Source: Bacillota bacterium (GTDB lineage Bacteria > Bacillota > SHA-98 > Ch115). From it: 54,770 nt of DNA. The translations under genes and the position numbers were made by a program. Positions 47,408 to 54,770 of the stretch are shown one piece after another. Numbering within the stretch: position 1 is the stretch's first letter; each line of letters opens with the position of its first letter. Location: contig DUSO01000129.1 of the NCBI GenBank assembly GCA_012842565.1, positions 1-54,770 on the forward strand, read 5' to 3'. The notes under the pieces were generated by a model, which made no database searches, was not told where the DNA came from, and saw only the letters and a list, made by a program, of their open reading frames with translations.

Positions 47408-48361
47408 GTGAAGGGTCAGATGGCAGCTCAGGGAGCGCAACCGGTTGCACCTCTTACCAGTTCCCAACCTCGCGGCGGCGGGCGCCGTCTCGGCGGGTTT
47501 ATAGGGAAGTACGGTTTCATCCTGCCAACAGTCGGCGTAATCCTGGCTCTCTCCATATACCCCCTCATCTATTCCCTTACCCTGGCCTTTTGCTCCTGGC
47601 AGCTGACCAGGATAGGGGGGGGCAGAACCTTTGTAGGGCTAGCGAACTTCATAGCCCTTATGTCTGATGGGAGGTTCTGGTTTAGCCTGAAGACCACCCT
47701 GATCTTTGTAGTGGTCTCGGTCGGGGTGCAGTACGTGATCGGCCTTGTAATGGCCTTGATCCTGGCTTCTGAGATTCGCGGGCGGAAATTCCTGAGGGTG
47801 CTGCTTCTCATCCCGATGATGCTGACCCCGGTGGCAATCGGATACATGTGGAGGATGATCCTGAACTCCACCAGGGGGCCGGCCAACCACTTCCTGACTT
47901 TAGTTGGGTTAAAGCCGCTTGAGTGGCTGACCAGCAGTGACATTGCCCTGCCATCTATAATACTCGTGGACATATGGCAGTGGACGCCGTTCTTCATCGT
48001 CACCCTCCTGGCGGGGATCCAATCATTGCCTCAGGATCCCTATGAGGCAGCGACCATCGACGGCGCAACGGGCTGGCAGCTGTTCTGGTATGTTACCTTC
48101 CCGATGCTCTTGCCCGTATCCGTCACAGTGATCTTCTTAAGAGCTATTGAGGCATTCAAGGTCTTCGACAAGATCTTTGTCCTGACCGGAGGGGGACCCG
48201 GCATGGCGACGGAGAGCTCGACCTTTTACATATATACCCTGGCGTTCCGTCACTTCAACCTCGGGTATGCCTCTGCGGCCGCGTATATACTCCTGATACT
48301 GATAGTCTTCGCGTCCACGGTGTTGCTGAACCGGATTCGAAGGCAGATGGATGTAACCTAG
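47408..48361 (+). CDS. Carbohydrate ABC transporter permease (MalF/UgpA-like)
   Basis: Six TM helices. EAA loop EAATIDGATGWQLFWYVTFPML. Start is GTG 47408 or ATG 47420. Confidence 0.85.
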   Translation: MKGQMAAQGAQPVAPLTSSQPRGGGRRLGGFIGKYGFILPTVGVILALSIYPLIYSLTLAFCSWQLTRIGGGRTFVGLANFIALMSDGRFWFSLKTTLIFVVVSVGVQYVIGLVMALILASEIRGRKFLRVLLLIPMMLTPVAIGYMWRMILNSTRGPANHFLTLVGLKPLEWLTSSDIALPSIILVDIWQWTPFFIVTLLAGIQSLPQDPYEAATIDGATGWQLFWYVTFPMLLPVSVTVIFLRAIEAFKVFDKIFVLTGGGPGMATESSTFYIYTLAFRHFNLGYASAAAYILLILIVFASTVLLNRIRRQMDVT

Positions 48362-48382
48362 CATCTGGAGGGGTGTTTCGGG

Positions 48383-49255
48383 ATGAGCCGCCATGCCAAG
48401 AGCAGGAATAGGTTGGGCTCGTTACTGATGTACCTTGTGCTTATTGCCTGGACGGCCTTTACTGTATTCCCCCTTTACTGGACCGTCATCACGTCCGTGA
48501 AGACGCCGCTCGCTGTGAATGAAGGGCCCTTTTATTTCCCGTTCATCGATTTCAAGCCTACCCTTGACGCATGGGTGGGCATCTTCACCCGCGAATTCAG
48601 CGGAGACATGGTGACCAGGCCCTTCGGGAATAGCGTGGTGGTTGGGCTTACGAGCGCAGTACTGGCTGTAATCCTGGGCTCCCTCGCTGCATACGGCCTT
48701 ACGAGATTTACATACAGGCTTGGCAAGATAGGAAACAAGGATATTGCCTTCTGGATACTCTCGCAGAGGATGCTCCCGCCTATCGCGACCGTGATCCCGC
48801 TCTTCATAGTATTCAAGACCCTTAGAATTCTGGATACCCGCATCTCTCTAATCCTCGCCTACACCATGTTCAACCTGCCGTTCTCGGTATGGCTGATGCG
48901 CGACTTCTTCGCGAGCCTTCCCCGGGAGGTAGAGGAATGCGCCCTCGTGGATGGGTGCACGCCCTTCCAGGTATTCTACAGGATCGCGCTCCCGCTCTCA
49001 ACCCCGGGGCTTGTGGCCACGTTTATATTCTGTTTGATCTTTGCATGGAATGAATTCCTGTTTGCCCTGGTATTGACCTTTAGCAAGGGGCAGACGATGC
49101 CGCTTCTGATTGCGGGTCAGAACTTCCAGAGAGGGCCGCAGTGGTGGGATATATCGGCCATGGCGCTGCTCACGATTTTCCCGGTGCTTCTTCTCGCCCT
49201 GCTTGTCGAACGCTATATTGTCCGGGGTCTCACCCTCGGCGCTGTGAAGGAATAG
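48383..49255 (+). CDS. Carbohydrate ABC transporter permease (MalG/UgpE-like)
   Basis: Six TM helices. EAA loop ECALVDGCTPFQVFYRIALPL. Confidence 0.85.
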   Translation: MSRHAKSRNRLGSLLMYLVLIAWTAFTVFPLYWTVITSVKTPLAVNEGPFYFPFIDFKPTLDAWVGIFTREFSGDMVTRPFGNSVVVGLTSAVLAVILGSLAAYGLTRFTYRLGKIGNKDIAFWILSQRMLPPIATVIPLFIVFKTLRILDTRISLILAYTMFNLPFSVWLMRDFFASLPREVEECALVDGCTPFQVFYRIALPLSTPGLVATFIFCLIFAWNEFLFALVLTFSKGQTMPLLIAGQNFQRGPQWWDISAMALLTIFPVLLLALLVERYIVRGLTLGAVKE

Positions 49256-49296
49256 GCCGGGGAAGATGTGAAGGGGCAAGCCAGGGAGGGGAGGCC

Positions 49297-50344
49297 ATGA
49301 CAAAGAGCTACATCCTTGCCCATGATCTTGGCACTACAGGCAATAAGGCCTCGCTCTACCGCAGCGACGGGACGCTGGTCGCCAGTGCTCATCGAGGCAT
49401 CGGGGCTGGATCCGGCGAAGTTCCCGGAGATAAGGGCGTCAGCGGATGTGGTCGGCAGGGTATCGAGGAAGGCGGGAGCCGATACCGGGCTCCTGGCAGG
49501 TACTCCCGTGGTAGCCGGCGTTGGAGACGGGCCTTCCGCGACCCTCGGCGCTGGCATTACTCAGGAGAAGACAGGATACATCTACCTTGGATCGTCGGGG
49601 TGGGTGAGCATGGTCACCCGGGAGCCCGTCTTTGACCCGCGCTTCCGGGTCTTTAACGTGTGCCATGCTGATCCCCATGTGGTCTTGCCCTTTGGCACGA
49701 TGCAAAGCGCCGGCGCAGCGTACAAATGGCTCGCGGAGCGGGTCTTTTATGGGCCGTCGACTCATGGGGCGCGCACAAAGTCATCCTATGAAGCCCTGGA
49801 CAGGGAGGCCGAAGATGCGCCAAAAGCCTCCCGCAACCTGCTTTTCCTCCCGTACCTCATGGGGGAGAGGAGCCCTTACTACGATACTGCTGCCAGGGGG
49901 GTGTTCCTGGGCCTCACGATGATCCACGGCCGGGGAGAGATGATCCGGGCGGTCCTCGAGGGCGTGGCGTTTAACCTCCGGGTTATCCTCGAGGCATTTC
50001 AGGAGCAAGGCATAGACCCGCCGGAATTGAGGATAATCGGCGGCGGCGCCAAGAGCCGCCTGTGGCGCCAGATTCTCGCGGATATACTCGGCCGTATGAT
50101 AGTCTACCCGGCCCTGCTTGACGAGGCGACCTCGCTGGGCGCCGCCATCGTGGGTGGGGTGGCAGTTGGCATTTTTGAGGGGTTTGATGTTGCGGGTGAA
50201 CTGGTTTTGGAGAAGGAGCGCCAGCACCCGGACCATGACCAGGCGGTGAGGGGGAAATACGATGCCCTGTATTCCGTCTTCAAAGATGCATACCTGGCCA
50301 ACAGGGCGATCTTTGAGCGGCTGGCTTCACTTGATGCTGTATAA
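49297..50344 (+). pseudogene. FGGY-family carbohydrate kinase (xylulokinase-like) disrupted by an internal deletion plus frameshift
   Basis: The frame from ATG 49297 encodes MTKSYILAHDLGTTGNKASLYRSDGTLVASA (FGGY N-terminus). At about nt 49388 homology continues in the +1 frame at a point equal to residue ~198 of the paralog at 52144. About 160 codons of the N-domain are missing. The C-terminal ~318 codons are intact. Confidence 0.75.
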
Positions 50345-50488
50345 TGACTACCTGCTGGATCCATTGGTTTCCTAGACTCGCCAGTTTGCCGGGACATTGC
50401 TCGGGTGTTCTATTGGATCACACGGGATGCGAATGGTCTCCATACCGGCCCGGTGCGGTTATGGCATGGGCGGGGGGATGGAAGGGGG

Positions 50489-51157
50489 ATGGTCAAGGTA
50501 GCCCCCGCAATGATGTGTGCAGACCTCGCAAATCTTGAAAGGGAGGTCAGGGAACTTGAGGCCGCACACGTGGACCAGCTGCATTTTGACGTGATGGACG
50601 GCCATTTTGTCAGGAACATCATGGGGCCTGATACCATGGCCGCGGTCCGGGGGATCACCGGACTGCCCTTTGAAGTCCACCTCATGGTGACTTGCCCTGA
50701 CGACTACACAGAGCTATGTGCCAGGGCCGGGGCTGACATAATAAGCTTTCATGCTGAGGCGAGCACCTCGGCATACCGCACCATCAAGCTAATACGCAAG
50801 GTAGGATGCCAGCCCGGCCTGGTGATAAACCCGAGTACGCCCCCTTGTGCGGTAAGGTATATCCTGGAGGATGTCGTTACGATAACGGTGATGACCGTGG
50901 ATCCCGGGTTTGCCGGGCAGGAATTCATCCCCCGGATGCTGGACAAGATCGAGGAGGTCAAGGCCCTCATTGCAGACCAGGGTCTGAATTGCCTTATCCA
51001 GGTGGACGGCGCAGTGAACAAGCGTACTCTTGCCCAGGTTATACGCGCGGGCGCCGATATCCTGGTGGTGGGGGCATCCGGCCTTTTCAGGGCCGGGCAG
51101 GCCTATTCGACCACGGTCGAGGAGATCAAGTCCCTAGCCCGCTCACTCAGGCTCTAG
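50489..51157 (+). CDS. Ribulose-phosphate 3-epimerase family protein (Rpe or ketose-phosphate 3-epimerase)
   Basis: APAMMCADL...HFDVMDGHFV...HLMV...VMTVDPGFAGQEFIP...VDGAVN fits the Rpe TIM-barrel pattern. GGAAGGGGG lies upstream of ATG 50489. Confidence 0.8.
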   Translation: MVKVAPAMMCADLANLEREVRELEAAHVDQLHFDVMDGHFVRNIMGPDTMAAVRGITGLPFEVHLMVTCPDDYTELCARAGADIISFHAEASTSAYRTIKLIRKVGCQPGLVINPSTPPCAVRYILEDVVTITVMTVDPGFAGQEFIPRMLDKIEEVKALIADQGLNCLIQVDGAVNKRTLAQVIRAGADILVVGASGLFRAGQAYSTTVEEIKSLARSLRL

Positions 51158-51255
51158 ACCGCCTGAGGTCCGGGTGCGCAACTCTTGGGCATCACGTTGA
51201 GGTTATGAATGCCGGTGAGGACCGGATGGTAGTAAGTAAGACTGGGGGGGTCGCC

Positions 51256-52017
51256 ATGAGGCTCAAGGATAAGGTAGCTCTAGTTACGGGAGGCGCAGAG
51301 GGGATAGGTGCCGCCATCGCAAAGGTATTTGCCCGGGAGGGGGCCGCGGTGGCAGTCGTGGACGTCAATGTGGCCACCGGGAACAGGACGGTGCAGGCCA
51401 TAAACGATGCCGGGGGGAAAGCCATTTTCCTCAGAGCAGACGTTTCTAAGAGCCACGAAGTCAAAGCTATGGTAGAAGGGGTGATAGCCGAGTTTGGCCG
51501 GGTCGATATCCTGGTAAACAACGCGGGTGTTACCCTGAATGCAACGGTGGCGGACACAGAGGAGGACGACTGGGAGCGGGTGATCGGTGTGGACCTTACG
51601 GGCGTCTATCTCTGTTCGAAGTATATTGTCCCTCATATGGTCGAGCATGGCGGGGGTAATATAATCAACATCGGCTCCATCGCCAGCTTTGTGGGCCTGA
51701 ACAACAACGCGGCCTACAACGCGGCGAAGGGCGGAGTCATGATGCTCACACGCAATATGGCGGTAGACTATGCGCCGATGAAGATCAGGGTAAATGCCCT
51801 ATGCCCCGGCATGGTCATGACCCCCATGCTGGAGAAGTTCATAGCCATACAGCCTGATCCCAAGGCATATGTCGCGAAGGTGGAGGCCTCTACGCCGTTG
51901 GGGAGAATCGGAACCCCCGAGGAGGTCGCGGAGGCGGCCTTGTTCCTCGCGACGGACGAGTGCCCTTATATTACGGGGGCTGCCCTCATGGTTGACGGCG
52001 GGTATACTGCTCGCTAG
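51256..52017 (+). CDS. Short-chain dehydrogenase/reductase (SDR), classical type
   Basis: TGGAEGIGAAIA (TGxxxGxG), NNAG and S...YNAAK (YxxxK). The 253-aa form starts at ATG 51256. The track ORF start at 50806 overlaps the epimerase gene out of frame. Confidence 0.85.
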   Translation: MRLKDKVALVTGGAEGIGAAIAKVFAREGAAVAVVDVNVATGNRTVQAINDAGGKAIFLRADVSKSHEVKAMVEGVIAEFGRVDILVNNAGVTLNATVADTEEDDWERVIGVDLTGVYLCSKYIVPHMVEHGGGNIINIGSIASFVGLNNNAAYNAAKGGVMMLTRNMAVDYAPMKIRVNALCPGMVMTPMLEKFIAIQPDPKAYVAKVEASTPLGRIGTPEEVAEAALFLATDECPYITGAALMVDGGYTAR

Positions 52018-52143
52018 ACCGCCCGCTATCCTAAAAGCGCGCCGGCTATTTTCGTACCTCGATGGTGCCGGGCCTGGCCGTCGTGGATAGCTAAGTGGTT
52101 GATGTAATCTCCCACGAGCGATAAGCCCTGTGGAGGTGGAATT

Positions 52144-53679
52144 ATGGGCACCGCAGGTAGGTCCTTCATCCTGGCCCATGACCTCGGGACCACAGGAGAT
52201 AAGGCCACCTTATTCGATGGCGAGGGCACGCTAATCGCGAGCGTTACCTCGGGTTACGAGACTATTTTCCCTCGTCCCGGGTGGGCGGAGCAGGACCCTC
52301 GAGATTGGTGGAAGGGGGTCTCGGATTCCACCCGGGGGCTATTATCATCTGGCCGGGTGGCGCCGCACGAGATTGCGTGTATCGTGTTTAGCGGCCAGAT
52401 GATGGGGTGTCTCCCGGTAGACAGATCCCTCTCTCCACTGAGGAATGCCATAATCTGGGCCGACCAGAGGGGCGTGGCTCAATCCGACATGATACTGGAA
52501 CAGGTCGGGGAGGACCTGGTATATGAGATTACCGGGCACCGTATAAGCCCGGCATACTCCGCGTCCAAGATCCTCTGGGTCAAAGAAAACGAGCCCGAGG
52601 TCTGGAAGCATACTTACAAGGTATTGCATGCCAAGGACTACATTATAGCCAGGCTTACGGGCAAGGCGGTTACAGACTATTCGGATGCGTCAGGGATGAA
52701 TCTCTTCGATCTCCGGCAGAGGGAATGGTCTGGCGAGATAGCGGATGCCATCGGTATCCCGCTGGAGGTGCTGCCAGAGCTCCACCGTTCGACAGATGTG
52801 GTAGGGGAGGTGACGGGTGAAAGAGCCCGTGAACTTGGCCTTGTAGCGGGCACGCCCGTCGTTGTAGGCGGGGGAGACGGACCATGTGCAGCGGTGGGGG
52901 CAGGGGTGGTCGAGGAAGGCCAGTGCTATAACTATATAGGCGCGTCGTCCTGGATTGCCATGGCATCCCGTGAACCCCTCTATGACCCCCGGAAGAGGAC
53001 CTTTAACTTCCACCATCTCGACCCGGAGATGGTAACACCTACCGGGACCATGCAGAGCGCCGGGGCATCCTACCAATGGGCCAGGAGGGAACTATGTCTC
53101 CTGGAAGCTGGCTGTGCCCGGGAGCTTGGTATCTCACCATATGCCATCATGGATGCGGAGGTTGATACAGTCGCCCCGGGAGCGGACAACCTCATCTACC
53201 TCCCATATCTCATGGGAGAGAGGAGCCCCCACTGGAATCCCTTTGCCCGCGGGGCATTCATAGGCCTCAGCATGGCGCACACAAGGCGCCATATGATAAG
53301 GGCGGTACTGGAGGGCGTTGCCTTCAATCTGCGCATTATCCTGGAGTGCTTTGAGAGTCAGGGGGCAAAGATAGACGAGATACGGGTGATCGGGGGAGGG
53401 GCAAAGGGAGGCACCTGGAGGCAGATACTCGCCGACGTATACAGGAGGCCCGTCGTGGCCTTAAGGCTTCTCGAGGAAGCCACCTCGCTGGGCGCGGCTA
53501 TAGCGGGGGGTATCGGGGTTGGCATCTTCAAGGGCTTTGGGGTTGCAAAGGATCTCGCGAAGGCCACGGGGCGCGAGTGCCCGCGCACGGAGTTTGCCCG
53601 GAGGTATGATGAACTCTATAAGATATTCGTAGATGCCTATGATGCGCTCGTGCCGGTATTCGATGCACTGGCAAGGTAG
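52144..53679 (+). CDS. FGGY-family carbohydrate kinase (xylulokinase/ribulokinase-like), intact
   Basis: 511 aa with HDLGTTGDK, FSGQMMG, GGGDGPCAAVGAG, GTMQSAGASY, YLPYLMGERSPHW and GGGAKG blocks. Confidence 0.85.
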   Translation: MGTAGRSFILAHDLGTTGDKATLFDGEGTLIASVTSGYETIFPRPGWAEQDPRDWWKGVSDSTRGLLSSGRVAPHEIACIVFSGQMMGCLPVDRSLSPLRNAIIWADQRGVAQSDMILEQVGEDLVYEITGHRISPAYSASKILWVKENEPEVWKHTYKVLHAKDYIIARLTGKAVTDYSDASGMNLFDLRQREWSGEIADAIGIPLEVLPELHRSTDVVGEVTGERARELGLVAGTPVVVGGGDGPCAAVGAGVVEEGQCYNYIGASSWIAMASREPLYDPRKRTFNFHHLDPEMVTPTGTMQSAGASYQWARRELCLLEAGCARELGISPYAIMDAEVDTVAPGADNLIYLPYLMGERSPHWNPFARGAFIGLSMAHTRRHMIRAVLEGVAFNLRIILECFESQGAKIDEIRVIGGGAKGGTWRQILADVYRRPVVALRLLEEATSLGAAIAGGIGVGIFKGFGVAKDLAKATGRECPRTEFARRYDELYKIFVDAYDALVPVFDALAR

Positions 53680-53842
53680 AGGTCCTGGGGAGACGCGCCC
53701 GGACGGGCTAGCATATGGGTATTAACATGGAGATGCCTATATAGTTGCAGTCTCTCTTGGGTCCCGCCTGGGAAATCACCAGCCTACCGGATCCCGAGGC
53801 GGGTCTCGGCAGATGGAAGAAGCTACGTGTAAAGTGCGGACA

Positions 53843-54770
53843 TCAACAGGAAGCGGAGGGGACTACCAGTGTCTTGGCCCCTCCCTGGCCTCTCTCGGAT
53901 TTCAACAGGTCCGGGAGTGCTGCCAGGGATATCCTCCTCCCGGCCAGCGCCTCCACCTCCACCTGCCCTGTCACAAGCATCTTGACTGCCCTCGATGAAG
54001 TGTAGGGATTCACATAAGATCCTTGAATCTTAAGCTCTTTCTTGTATATCTCAAAAGGGCTCACGGGGATAGTAAGGCCCTCAGGCGAGACCCCGAAGAT
54101 GAGGACTGTCCCACCCCTTGCCGCAAGCTCGATCGCGGCCTTTACCGTCTTAGCCATTCCGACCGCCTCGATGACCACGTCCGCGCCTGCGGGGGACACC
54201 GTCCTTACTACACCCGCCAGGTCCTCATTTTCTGAGTCCACCGCCCGTGTCGCGCCCAGGGTAACGGCGAGGTTACGCCTGTCTGGTAGCGGGTCGCTTA
54301 CGATCAATTCCGAGGCGCCTGAGAGACGAGCAAGCTGCATGAGGATAAGGCCGATGGTCCCCGCCCCCAGGATGACTACGGTATTGCCTGGCCTGATCCC
54401 GGCAAGGTCTATTCCGTGAAGGCAGCAGGCGACCGGCTCTACGAATACTCCTGTTGCCATATTCACCCCGCCCGGCAGCTTGTGACATTGGGATGCCGGT
54501 GCAACCGAGTACTCGGCGAAGCCGCCGTCAATGGTCACGCCAAGGGCATGAGAAGACTCGCACAGATGTGGCTTGCCAATGCGGCAAAAATAGCACTCGC
54601 CACATGGGATGTTCGGGTCAATGGCTACTATGTCGCCGGGCCCGAGGCCTTCTACCTCGCGGCCGGTTGCGACTATCTCGCCGAAGTATTCATGCCCCAG
54701 GATCACAGGCGGCCGTGCCGGGGCCTCACCTCGATAGATGTGGAAATCTGTGCCGCACACCCCGCACGCC
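53843..54770 (-). CDS. Zn-dependent medium-chain dehydrogenase (sorbitol/threonine dehydrogenase-like), N-terminus off the right edge
   Basis: (A)CGVCGTDFH catalytic-zinc Cys. GHEYFGEI. Structural-zinc cluster CGECYFCRIGKPHLC. Rossmann motif GAGTIGL. The frame stays open to nt 54770. Confidence 0.85.
   Translation of the reverse strand, partial: ACGVCGTDFHIYRGEAPARPPVILGHEYFGEIVATGREVEGLGPGDIVAIDPNIPCGECYFCRIGKPHLCESSHALGVTIDGGFAEYSVAPASQCHKLPGGVNMATGVFVEPVACCLHGIDLAGIRPGNTVVILGAGTIGLILMQLARLSGASELIVSDPLPDRRNLAVTLGATRAVDSENEDLAGVVRTVSPAGADVVIEAVGMAKTVKAAIELAARGGTVLIFGVSPEGLTIPVSPFEIYKKELKIQGSYVNPYTSSRAVKMLVTGQVEVEALAGRRISLAALPDLLKSERGQGGAKTLVVPSASC

Noticed and set aside
49141-49296. Upstream part of track ORF 49141-49635, read as a longer kinase N-terminus
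   Set aside because: This part overlaps the permease 3' end in another frame and is Gly/Arg/Pro-rich. FGGY homology begins exactly at ATG 49297, which follows GGGAGGGGAGG.
50806-51255. 150-codon N-terminal extension of the SDR ORF overlapping the epimerase gene
   Set aside because: It is out of frame with the well-supported epimerase and Arg/Gly/Pro-rich. The SDR Rossmann motif begins right after ATG 51256, which has its own G-rich SD.

Overview
GC-rich chromosomal window from a spore-forming Bacillota organism that looks Clostridia-like: type-A RNase P RNA, CIRCE-controlled groESL, and the sporulation genes ytxC, yunB, spoIIM and a bofC-like gene. About 80% is conserved housekeeping in Bacillus-like order. 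On the minus strand: mreB fragment, ogg, UPF0182. Then ytxC-thrS-infC-rpmI-rplT-trmH-pheST-zapA-cvpA-polX-DUF421-unknown-mutS2, PBP1A, tyrS, yunB, groESL, bofC-like, yebC, prsW, ruvCAB-queH, DUF2905, recO-DUF4342, spoIIM, glyQS, ppdK, dnaG-sigA, tRNA-Asn, tRNA-Met(CAT), two small proteins and rnpB. The only accessory-looking block is the right-hand ~9 kb. It is a carbohydrate/polyol locus with a binding protein, two permeases, a decayed FGGY kinase, an Rpe-like epimerase, an SDR, an intact FGGY kinase and a convergent Zn-dehydrogenase that runs off the right edge. I found no CRISPR array, mobile element, defense gene or convincing novel multi-gene system. The most unusual items are smaller: (1) an FGGY kinase pseudogene with an internal deletion plus frameshift; (2) a consensus sigma-A promoter running straight into a strong intrinsic terminator just before spoIIM, a candidate ~60-nt sRNA or attenuator; (3) an unrecognised 181-aa protein between polX and mutS2; (4) CvpA fused to a Cys-rich zinc-ribbon tail; (5) domain-minimised ThrRS (no TGS) and PheT (no B2 OB-fold); (6) a non-canonical ATC start for infC; (7) structured leaders before pheS and thrS; (8) an untracked 55-codon membrane ORF overlapping the polX start; (9) an orphan terminator-like element in the long dnaG upstream region. 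All family calls come from motif recognition by eye. No database search was run, and start codons and RNA ends are approximate.
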